This document shows, one piece after another, positions 22,317 to 33,290 of a stretch of 64,000 nucleotides of DNA. The translations under genes were made by a program, and so were the position numbers. Location of the stretch: positions 1,192,332 to 1,256,331 of the forward strand of contig BFEA01000042.1 in NCBI GenBank assembly GCA_003427395.1, in the 5' to 3' direction. Position 1 is the first letter of the stretch. Each line of letters opens with the position of its first letter. Origin of the DNA: Chara braunii. Its lineage: Eukaryota; Plantae; Charophyceae. Under the pieces are notes generated by a model, which saw only the letters and a program-made list of their open reading frames with translations, was not told the origin of the DNA and ran no database searches.

Positions 22317-25300
22317 TTTTTTTCAAAGAAATAGCATGCTTTATTAAATTATTATATATGGAGCAAAAGGAGGCCGGGAATCCCTCCACATCTCAACCCC
22401 GAAGACTGGGGCCACTACCCAGGTTTGGCTCTTGCTGGTACCCGGGTCCAGTTACCTTCTCTCCTATGATGCTTCATGCTATTCTGAAACAAAGACTAAA
22501 ACTGAATTAACAAAAGATAAAATAGCGAAGGTGAAAGAACCTGTGTACCAACTTTCCATCCATCCCCATCTTGGGCCCTAAAACCGACCACTGTGACTCA
22601 TCTTTCCCATTTCCCCCGACGCGTCCTCTCTGTCCACTCCACTTAAAACCCTAAACCCTACGGAGCGGACAATTCGCTCTATCCTAAAACCTAGCCTGTC
22701 CTAGCTATCTGTTCCAGAGGTTGAAACACTATGACTAGCCTTCCACTATTGCTGTCTTACCTATACCTTTTAAATAACTCTTCAATACGCCAAACCCTCG
22801 TTGCTTCTTGTTTGAACCGTCTAGCTTTCGAAGCAGTGGAAACTCAGCATCAAGCCCACTAATGTTGCTATCTTCCCTTGGAGCAAAACCCTCTTTTGAA
22901 AATTTTCCGTTAGGTCCTTGGCTTGCATTGGGTTTTGCTGGGCCTGCTTGCGGATTCCCTTCCATTGAGCCCGGATGTCTGTTTCCACTAGATTGTAGAG
23001 CGTCTCCTTCGCTTCTTGCCTGTGCATTTGCTTATTTCCGATGGTCTGCTGGCATCTGCGCTTCCATATCGTCCATAGTACGTATTGCCTTATAAGCTGG
23101 AAAGTGCGCTTCTGGTACCGAGGCCCTACTGCAGGAGGGTCACTTCCTATCAGAAGCGTCTCCTCGCCCTCGGGGAAGGGGGAGTCTGTAATTTTATCCC
23201 AGAGTGACTTGGCCACATCCCATAGATATACTGCTTCTGGGCAAGAGAGGAGACAGTGTCGCAGGGTCTCCGGTACCCCTTCCGTGCATTGTGTACACTG
23301 TTGACTGGAGGGATCACGGTGGTGCTAACTGCGATGCTTAAAAAGCCATGAGTTGACCGGGACTGCCACATGGAGGATCAACCACTGCAGACTCCTTACC
23401 TTGCTTAAGCGGATCTGGTGTATGGATGACCATGGTAGTCTTGCCACTTTTTCCTTCGGCACCTGCATTCTCTTCTCTCATCTAAGTGCCAAGGGTTCAG
23501 CTAAGGGCGATGAGTGCTTCCTGAGTCTGTAGCCCAGCTTGGTTGTATAGTGCAGTGTGTTGATTCTCGTTATGCCTAGTGAGCCCCCCTTGAGGTTCCA
23601 TGCCCGCTCCACTGGGTCAACCTCCAAGTCCTGAATATCCGTTGCTGGCGCAACGATTGTGAACTCCTCCATCTCTATCACCCTCACTTTCCTCATCTGG
23701 TCCTTTTTCATGGAGATCTGGATGGCCGTATCCTTGTCCAATTGACTTGTATAGGACCCTGGGGATTGTGTTGTGTACATCTGTGCGCTCGGCCATTCCG
23801 CTCCCGGTCCCACCTGTCTCCCAATTCTAAACGCTTCGGTTGGAGCGTCCTTATTGCACCAGGCTGCCCAATCTCCGCAATCCCAATGTCGTGGCCTCCG
23901 AAGTAACCTGACCAACCCTTCCGGGATTAAGGACAAGATCTCGCTCAGGTTCTCTGCCAGCCTGTGGCTCCCCTTCAACACCTCCCTTAGCTCTCGAGCC
24001 GTCTTCCACTGTTGTTTATCTTCCAACCAGAGGTATTTGACCTGCCAGATGCCATGTTCCAGCCAGGCTCCCCACTTGGTGTTTTTAGTCGTAAGAGTGC
24101 GTGGTTTCCCCTGCTGATCCTTAACCCATGGATTGTAGAAGAGGGGTTGTCTCATGACTTCCTCCCTTGTGCTTGGTTCCTTGACTTTCGCCGGGGAAAT
24201 TTCCATCCAACCTTTTCACAGTTGAGCCCAATATGACCCTCCCCTAGGGCCTCCTTCTTCTGTTCCTCCGTCGTTTCCACTCCTTCCTTTCTTTGCCCAA
24301 CTCTTACTCAATAACCAGAAGGTTCCTTCCATGTTGGAAGGGGATTTGAACTTGATCGGTTTCCTAATGTGCCCATAGCTAGAGGGACCCAGGGTAGCTG
24401 CGGGTGCGTGATCAGCTTCAAAATCCATTTTGTTTGGAGTGCCTTCAGTTGCTGTTTCGGATCCAGTATGCCCAGTCCCCCTTGGTCCTTGGATTTAATG
24501 ACATGCCACCAAGCCCCCTTGGAAATAAAATGTTGCTTAGTTGGGTTTGCTGTCCACAGGAAAGCCGCCGATTCTCTCCTTAGTTCCTTCATTGCATGGG
24601 CTGGTGGAGTCCATATCGAGCCAGCATACCACATCATGGAGTACACTGAGGTATTAAGAATGAGGGCTCGTCCAAATACAGATGTGTAAACCTGGGACCA
24701 TGCACTGATCCTTGTTAGCATTTTTGCCAGGAGTTCCGATGCCATCGAGTGGTGAGGGCCTGAGTCCGCCAGCCTAACCCCTAGATACCACAAGGGTTCA
24801 GTAGTTGAAACCCAACTCATCCCGCCATAACTTACTAGGTGGAGTTGACCCTCTTATGTCCCTTGTACCAGCCACCAACCCATTGTCTTGGGCCAATTGA
24901 TTCTCATTTCTTACGCTAGCTGGAAGGCACTCATTGCCCTTGTGAGCGCTTCGAAGGAGGAGTCTGAGGCCCGTATCAGAACTGTTAGGTCATCCGTGAA
25001 GAGTATGGTTGTAGGGAGCTTGATGGTTCTACCTAGCTGGTCTGGTTCCGCTATTAACCTGTCTATCAAGGGGTCCTTCCTTAAGAAGGAAGCTATTGCT
25101 TCCATGATAAAGAGAAAGATAGGGGCCGCTAGAGGATCGCCTTGTCGAACAGACCTTGACATCCTATACCTCTTTGACAAGTGTCCGTTTACCTGGACCT
25201 GTCCATGGGCGTCATTATAGAGAACCCTTGTCCATTTTCGAAAGTTGGGGCCCACTCCCATTTTTTCCATACATTGCTGAAGGAACTTCCAATTTACCTG

Positions 25301-25920
25301 GTCATACGCCTTTTCAAAGTCAAAGAATAAGATAGCCGCATTATTTTTTTTCCCCCTGATGTATCTTACTGACTCCGAAAGCGTCATATTACGTTATCGA
25401 GGATAAACCGTCCCGGAATAAATCCAGTCTGGTCTAAATGAAAACATCCCCTGGTCACCTTACTCGGTCCGTTGGCTAGGGCCTTTGCTACTATTTTGTG
25501 CGTTAGTGTCAATAACGTGATGGGTCTGTAGTTTTCTATGTCTCTTGGATCTCCCTTCTTGTACAACAGCGTGACTATGCCTGTGGCCGGGTCTACTCCC
25601 AGACTCTCCTTCTGCCAAGATTTATTCAGATGCGGCTTGTATCCCCTCCCCCAAGATTGGCCAGAATTCCATCCAGAACTCCCCCTGTGAATCCATCCTT
25701 TCCTGGTGTTTTGTTCGGGGACATCGTCTTAAGGGTTGCCCATAGTTCTTCCTGTGAGAGAGGAGCGTCTAACTTCAGCGCTTGTTCTCCATCTACCGTA
25801 CGCTCCAAGTAGGTGCGGAATTTGGTCCGCGCTTCCGCCGTTTGTTGGTGGGACGGCTGTTCTGACTCTCTTGACATGTAGAGCGCACTATAGAAGTTGT
25901 GTGTTCCAGAACCCTTTTGT
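22317..25920 (-). mobile_element. Degenerate LINE subfamily B (RT to 3' end)
   Basis: Minus-strand ORFs with KTPGKDG, NYRPITLL, FFDFEKAYD, VRQGDPL, LFTDD, RQPLFYN and LWTIWKRRC; 3' end with AATAAA and an A-run near 22317-22350. Confidence 0.92.
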
Positions 25921-26189
25921 TCGTCTTCGTCTTTCTTTTTAACTAAGCTATGTTCTTCACTCATGTACCTCACTCCACCTAACCTCTTATTTAAGTTCAG
26001 TTTCCAGTATTCCTAAGAATTATGGGTTGGCACCGACCTCCTCCCGTGTCTAAGCACCGCAGCATCCTCCTAACCCCGGGCAATGGATGGGAGGGATACA
26101 AACCCTACCAAGCCCTACCTGGTGGGACGAGCTGACTAACTCTGCTGGTGAACCTGTAGCGAGCCGCAGGAGGCTGTGAGGGGCTGAAA

Positions 26190-26263
26190 TGACGACCATG
26201 GGGAAACGAACCCACGACCTCCTGAAGGCCACTTTCGTCCTCTACCAACTGAGCTAGGCCGCC
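26190..26263 (-). other. tRNA-derived (SINE-like) head, copy 1
   Basis: GGCGGCC-TAGCTCAGTTGGTAGAG...GTGGCC..GGTTCGTTTCCC..GGTCGTCA: A box, B box and a pairable acceptor stem; anticodon arm not pairable. Confidence 0.75.
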
Positions 26264-26282
26264 GGGCCTCTTCCTCTTCGTC

Positions 26283-26484
26283 TTTTTTTTTTTTTTTTTT
26301 GGTAAAACAGGCCCTTAGGGCCTGGCTGCATATCCATTCTGGGGAGCGTCAGTCCGCTTCCTATTCCCCAGGCAAGTCGAGACAACACATCATTTACATG
26401 CTCACACATCCTTCCGTTTGGCAGAAGGATCCCTAAGCAGCATTGATTACTCCAATTACTCGGAGGACTGACTCTCATCTTGCC
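26283..26484 (-). mobile_element. Isolated LINE structured 3' tail with poly(A)
   Basis: Reverse complement of the tail consensus (ggcaag...cttgcc...gctccccagaatgg...agggcctg) followed by an A-run. Confidence 0.88.
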
Positions 26485-29058
26485 TTTGTCTGTAATTTCT
26501 CGCAGCCTCGCAGGTTCCGCTTATCGAACCTTTTAGCTCAACATGATGCCAAGAAAAACAGAAGGCTAGACTAGAACGAAAAGAAGCCCAACGTCTCCAC
26601 CGATTGCCTTCACTGGCACGAATCAGGATATGCTTATCCCTTGCTGGAACGACAGATACCAGTCAGCAAGCTGCACACATAATGTGCAGTTTGATGGATC
26701 GATAGATACCAGATTCGTCAACGCGATACCTCGACAGTGTGAGACAGTTTCAAAACACCGCGGCATGACCAGTCATTCATCCATACACATTAAATCTACC
26801 TCTCTTCGAATCACCCTTTTCATATTCATATACTTTCAGTTATTCATTCGTACATTCATCGAGCCCTCATGACAATAATGTATCATTTGTCGCACAGCTG
26901 ACAGTGACGCTATTCGTTCAATCACGCACTCGACCTACGCATATTGCACACAGACACGAACAAGTGACACAGTATATCACTGGCAGTTTTTTGTGAGTGC
27001 GATAAAGCAAGAAGTAACAAGTGGCAGAATGTGGTGAATTACTCAGAATGGTACTCGTCGTCTCCACCGGATTTCTTGTGTTTACAGGAAACACATCTGC
27101 AAGATTCGGAAGAGCATCAGAAGACGAGAACCAAGATTGAGAAAAAACTGCAAAGAGTCAGGGCATCATGGTGGGCCCCGACATCAAGCAACCACTCCTC
27201 AAGGGTGGTGATACTACATAATAAAAGGGCAACAACGGCGGACAAGATCCACATCACTGAGACAAGGGTGGACGGGGAAGAAGGGAGATGGGTCAAGATC
27301 AACTTCGAAATGCACGGGGAACCATACACACTACTAGCGGTCTTTTGCCCGAATGGCTTTCAACAAAGATTAGAGGTGCTCGAAAGGATTAAGGAACTCC
27401 TGGAACCGGACAGACATATGATTCTGGCAGGGGACTGGAACGCCACTTTGGATCCTAGTATCGATAGATTATCGGGTAGTCCGAGATCAGAGGAGGAAGG
27501 GTGGACAGAAGAAGCGCTTCCAATCCACAGATTAATGACTAGCTTGGAACTACTAGACCCCTATAGAATACATAACCCGAATGACAGACAATTCACCTAC
27601 CGCAAGAGGAACCGCAGCCAACATGTGTCGGCATCCAGGATAGACTTTTTCCTGGTATCGTCACGAGTATTAGGCATGTTGCATTTAGTAAATATAGGTA
27701 GCCTCCCGTACGAGCAGGGGCTGGACCATAAACCCGTACACCTGGGGCTGACAACAGACAAACAAGTCTCTAGAGGCAAGGGTTTCTATAAAGTCAACAA
27801 TTCTCTCCTGAAAACCCAGGAGATGAGGCAGGCAGTTCTGCAAGCATGTCAAAAACACAACCTTGACGCACAATCATTCCCAGAGTTGTTAACAGCAATG
27901 TCCAAGGCCTCCGCAGGAGTAGCAAGAAGATTGGCAGCTAAAAGGAGGGAAAGGGAGGAAGAACTAACACGAGCAAACGAGATAGCTGAACGCAACAGTA
28001 CTAACAGTCCGGGGGAGGAGCTCTATGAAGAAGTATTGGAGAGGGCAAGCGAGGAGATGGCGGATTGGCAACGCTGGAAAGCAAAAGGTCTGCAAATGAG
28101 GGCTAGAGTCAGAGAATGGGAGGAGGGAGAGAGGATGACGAAATTCTTCTTCCAAAAAATAAAGAACAGAGGAAGGAATAACCTTATCGCGCAATTAGAG
28201 GGGGGAAATGGGCTAACCTCAGACCAAGAAGGAATGTTGAAGGTGGCCTTCGATTTCTATAGCAGATTATACACATCCACAGAGGACCAGCTCCCGAGGC
28301 GGAGGGTGGAGGAAGCGCTAAGTTTCTGAACTACCTGCAGCACACAATTTCGCGACCACACGCGGCTATGCTGGATGAACCTTTAACACAGGAAGAGTTA
28401 TGGGACGCATTAAAAGCAATGGCTCCGAATAAAACCCCTGGGAAGGATGGTCTAACCAGGGAATTCTGGATTGAATTCTGGCCAATCCTCGACGAAGAAT
28501 ATCTGGCCTTTCTAGAGCAAGCGTGGCAGGACGAGGGTATAGGTAGTGACCCCGCAACACGGATAGTCACGTTGCTTTACAAGAAGGGCAGCCCAGTGGA
28601 CATACGCAACTATAGACCCATAACCTTATTGACCCTCACACACAAGATAGTAGCCAAGGCGCTAGCTAATCGCTTATCAAAAATCACGGCGGGCTGTTTC
28701 CACATTGACCAGACAGGATTCATCCCGGGTAGGTTTATATTAGATAATGTTATGTGTCTAACAGAATCCGTCCGATATATAAGAGATAAGAGAATCAATG
28801 CGGCCATTCTCTTTTTCGATTTCGAAAAGGCTTATGATCAGGTTAGTTGGCCTTTCTTACAGCTATGCATGGAGAGAATGGGAGTAGGGCCGAACTTTAG
28901 GAAGTGGATAAGAGTCTTATATAACAACGCGAGGGGGCAGGTGCAGGTAAACGGCCACTTATCTTCTTCCTACACGATGTCAAGATCAGTTAGACAGGGA
29001 GACCCCTTAGCAGCTCCCATCTTTCTCTTTATAATTGAAGCAAAAGCTTCCTTCTTAA

Positions 29059-29260
29059 ACCACCTGTACCTCGGCCTGCTATTTTTTTTTTGGGCGGCCG
29101 TATACGCGCCGCGACTTCTGGTGGTCGCCAGGCGGGGGACTGGTACGTATAAGGGGGGGAAAAAAAAAAAAAAAAAAAAAAACCGAGAAGGAACGAAAAG
29201 AAAAGAAAAAAATGAAATTCACGAGTTCCAAGTCGCGGCGCATTGCGGTCTGGGGGGGGG

Positions 29261-29317
<57 letters not shown>

Positions 29318-30457
29318 CTGTATTTGGACGTCTCTGTCCCTGTCTCTTATACACATCTAGATGTGTATAAGANNNNNNNNNNNNNNNNNNNNNNNNNNNN
29401 NNNNNNNNNNNNNNNNNNNNNNNNNNNNNNNNNNNNNNNNNNNNNNNNNNNNNNNNNNNNNNNNNNNNNNNNNNNNNNNNNNNNNNNNNNNNNNNNNNNN
29501 NNNNNNNNNNNNNNNNNNNNNNNNNNNNNNNNNNNNNNNNNNNNNNNNNNNNNNNNNNNNNNNNNNNNNNNNNNNNNNNNNNNNNNNNNNNNNNNNNNNN
29601 NNNNNNNNNNNNNNNNNNNNNNNNNNNNNNNNNNNNNNNNNNNNNNNNNNNNNNNNNNNNNNNNNNNNNNNNNNNNNNNNNNNNNNNNNNNNNNNNNNNN
29701 NNNNNNNNNNNNNNNNNNNNNNNNNNNNNNNNNNNNNNNNNNNNNNNNNNNNNNNNNNNNNNNNNNNNNNNNNNNNNNNNNNNNNNNNNNNNNNNNNNNN
29801 NNNNNNNNNNNNNNNNNNNNNNNNNNNNNNNNNNNNNNNNNNNNNNNNNNNNNNNNNNNNNNNNNNNNNNNNNNNNNNNNNNNNNNNNNNNNNNNNNNNN
29901 NNNNNNNNNNNNNNNNNNNNNNNNNNNNNNNNNNNNNNNNNNNNNNNNNNNNNNNNNNNNNNNNNNNNNNNNNNNNNNNNNNNNNNNNNNNNNNNNNNNN
30001 NNNNNNNNNNNNNNNNNNNNNNNNNNNNNNNNNNNNNNNNNNNNNNNNNNNNNNNNNNNNNNNNNNNNNNNNNNNNNNNNNNNNNNNNNNNNNNNNNNNN
30101 NNNNNNNNNNNNNNNNNNNNNNNNNNNNNNNNNNNNNNNNNNNNNNNNNNNNNNNNNNNNNNNNNNNNNNNNNNNNNNNNNNNNNNNNNNNNNNNNNNNN
30201 NNNNNNNNNNNNNNNNNNNNNNNNNNNNNNNNNNNNNNNNNNNNNNNNNNNNNNNNNNNNNNNNNNNNNNNNNNNNNNNNNNNNNNNNNNNNNNNNNNNN
30301 NNNNNNNNNNNNNNNNNNNNNATTTTCTTCACATTTATTGTAAACAAAATTTGTTGTCCTCGAAGTACCGGTACTTCGAGGCTTGTCCCCGTAGCTGTAG
30401 GTTAGGCCTACCGGTAGCTCTAGGGTCGGGCCTTGACAACCGGTAGGTACTGGTGGT
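29059..30457. mobile_element. TTAA-duplicating DNA transposon (ACCAC termini) inserted in LINE RT; contains an assembly gap
   Basis: TTAA|ACCACCTGTACC...GGTACTGGTGGT|TTAA; removing it restores the LINE frame SFL-R-RDPSIERL. Confidence 0.8.
29340..29372. other. Nextera mate-pair junction adapter (library artefact)
   Basis: CTGTCTCTTATACACATCT-AGATGTGTATAAGA (Tn5 mosaic-end palindrome) abutting an N gap. Confidence 0.97.
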
Positions 30458-32910
30458 TTAAGAAGAGACCCATCAATAGAGAGATTAATAGCGCCACCAG
30501 ACCAACAGGGACACAGAGTGGAGCTTCCCATGACAATATTGTTTGCTGATGATCTGACAGTCCTGATCAGGGCAACCGACTCTTCATTTCAAGCGCTAAC
30601 AAGAGCAATGGAAGCCTTCCAGTTGGCATCGGAGATGAAAGTGAACTGGCACAAAACAATGGGGTGGTGGTTAGTTGAGCAGGACCAGGAAAATCAGGTC
30701 CCGGAAACCAGCCGGGAGGGATTACAGTGGATAACACCCCAGCAATCGCTCCGGTACTTGGGAATCAAGATAACAGAGGAGGGCGTGCACCATTCAATGG
30801 CAACGGACATAATGACTAAGATGTTAGCTAAGTTCGGTGCCTGGTCAGCAGTCTACACCTCAATATATGGAAGAGCACTGATCTTGAACGCATCAATCTT
30901 CTCCATGATGTGGTATGCGGGATCAATCTCGTCCCCTCCCAAGACCACGTCAGTTCAGCTTAGGCGAAGGGCGGCAGCCTTCCTGTGGACGGCGAAGAAT
31001 AACACAGATCAATTTATACCCAAAGTGGCGTGGAGAGCGGTAACCAGACCCAAAGGACAAGGGGGCTTGGGCATTCTAGACCCAAGCCAGCAGTTAAAAG
31101 CGCTCCAAACAAAGTGGGTGGTTAAGTTAATTTCCCAGCCTAGGTTATCATGGACGTCCTTAGTATTGGAAAGGATTAGGCGGATAGCTAGGTACAAAAC
31201 GCCGAGTAACATGACTNGACAGTTCTGGATTATGTGTAGTAACTGGGCCAAAACGGGCCANGGAGGAGGGAATNGTGGGACACAGGGAGGGAGGGTCAGA
31301 AACCCGGCATACTGGACACAGCTGATTCAGCTGTGGAAGGAGGTCTTTCCGGCGAGGGTAAGGGAACCCACTACAAAGGAGGAGGTGTTGAGGCAACCTC
31401 TATTCTGCAATGCAAGTATCAAGGACAATAGTGGAAAGCCTTTAACGCTATCGACCAAAGACTCGAGATGGGGCAGATGGCTGGAGCATGGGGTTTGGCA
31501 GGTCAAACACATTTGGGACGAAGAGAACAACAGGTGGAAAACAGGTGAAGAATTGAGAAGAGTATTGAAGGGGTGTCACAGGCTTCAGGACAANCTCAGG
31601 GCAGTCATAGGTGCCATGCCTCCGATATGNGAGCGGCTGCTGCGAGAAGGAAAGCAATGGCNAGAGGGGGACTGGGCCACATGGGAGGANGAAGGAGAAC
31701 CTAGGGAGGTTTTCAGGGTGTGGGAGGTGGATAAAGAAAGGAATGAATGGCTGGCAGCGGACAAGTATACCATAATGCAGCCTCGCAATACCACATCCCA
31801 GTTGGATCGGACCTCGAAGGCACCGATATATATCCTCAAAAACGGGTTGCGGAAGGTAAGAGTGATAGAGACGGAGGATTTTACAGTGTACAACTCAGCG
31901 GTACCAATTGAAGAGCTAGAGGTGGATCCGGGAGAATGGGCCTGGAACATTAGGGGGGGACCTTCAAGAACAGCAAGGAGAATTAATATCCTCCACTACA
32001 CAACAAAAATCGGATACAGGTTAAGGTCCAGATCCTTCTCTATGGGGCTTAACCTCCGTAAACGTTGGGAGAAAAGGGTGGGGGTGCCCAGGAGTCAGTT
32101 GCCAGAAATTCCGTGGGCAAGCATACTAGCCATAAGGTTGGGCCAAGTGAGGAGTATGCAATGGCTGATAGCACACGTGGCGCTGCCAGTGAACGTATGG
32201 CTCAACGAGAGGAGAAGTCACACTCAGAGAAACGAGGAGGGGGAGCTATGCAGAGTCTGCCAGGAAGGGGTTCCGGAAACGCTGGAGCACTGCCTCCTGG
32301 AGTGCAGGGAGGCAGAGGTGATGTGGGATCAAATAAAGGAGATTTGGAAACAGGTAGCGAAGTCTGCCTTCCCGGACTCAAAGATTGCCAGGTTATTGGG
32401 GACAGGGGTCCCCAAACGGATGCAACCCTACCAGAAACATATGTTTCACCTGCTGAGACAATACGGACTGTGGACCATTTGGAAAAGGAGATGTCAGGCC
32501 ACGATGGAAGGAACGCTAATGCATTGGCAGGAAGCTAAGGAGTTGTTCCTCAGATTATTGGAAACTCACCTCAATGCTCAGTGGAAAAGGGTGAAACAGC
32601 AGGCAAGGCAGCAACCGGGACAAGAAGAGGAGATAATTAAAAAGTTTAAGCAGAATACACTGGGACAGGGGGCAGTTGCACAAATCAGGGGCACACAACT
32701 GTGCTTTAAATGGAGGGAAGAGGGAGGAGGAAATTTGGGCATGGGAGGAGGGTAGGATAAAGGGGCAAGAGAAAGGGAGAGGGGCAAAGTGGAAAGAACC
32801 AGGGAGGAGGGGGAAACAGGAAGGGCAGCCACACCGCTGAAAACAGGGGGAACAAAAGTGCCCGTAAGAGGGTATCGCAGCGGTGCAAGGGGCACCAGAG
32901 CGCTCATGTG

Positions 32911-32956
<46 letters not shown>

Positions 32957-32959
<3 letters not shown>

Positions 32960-33290
32960 AAAGGGTTCGACTATTGGAGGTCAGGCGTAGGCGAAGGGTT
33001 TAGGGGGTAGGGTTTATCATAGATCTTCCAAAGGGGTAGGGAGATGCGTGGGGAAGATATGGACCGACAAGTTTATCGGATGAACTCTTTCTAGGGACAA
33101 TGGTGCTATCTGGCAGACCTGGACCCTAGGTCTGAGAGGAAAGAGTGGGATAGCTGACAGTCAATCCTCCACCACGGTGGAGCAATCAATGCTGTTCAGG
33201 GATCCTTCGGCAAGACGGAAGGAAGCGTATGTGAGTTTTCTTGATGTAATGCTATTTCGACTTGCCGGTGGAATAGGAACCGGACTGGCG
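32957..33290 (+). mobile_element. 3'-UTR-only LINE fragment with telomere-like motif and truncated structured tail
   Basis: AGGGTTTAGGGGGTAGGGTTT at 32995; tail from 33085 breaks off after GAACCGGACTG. Confidence 0.85.

Larger units (their letters stand above)
27060..32956 (+). mobile_element. Near full-length LINE ORF2, subfamily B (APE endonuclease, RT, CCHC)
   Basis: EN motifs LCLQETH, ILAGDWNA, SRIDFF, DHKPV; RT motifs FFDFEKAYD, VRQGDPL, LFADD; CRVC...EHCLLEC; frameshift near 28325, insertion at 29059-30457, A-run at 32911-32956. Confidence 0.95.

Noticed and set aside
26491-27043. Solo LTR (TGTAATT...AATTACT)
   Set aside because: Terminal CA absent and no TSD; insufficient support.
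29340-29372. Tn5 transposon ends
   Set aside because: Head-to-head mosaic ends at a gap edge are the Nextera mate-pair junction.
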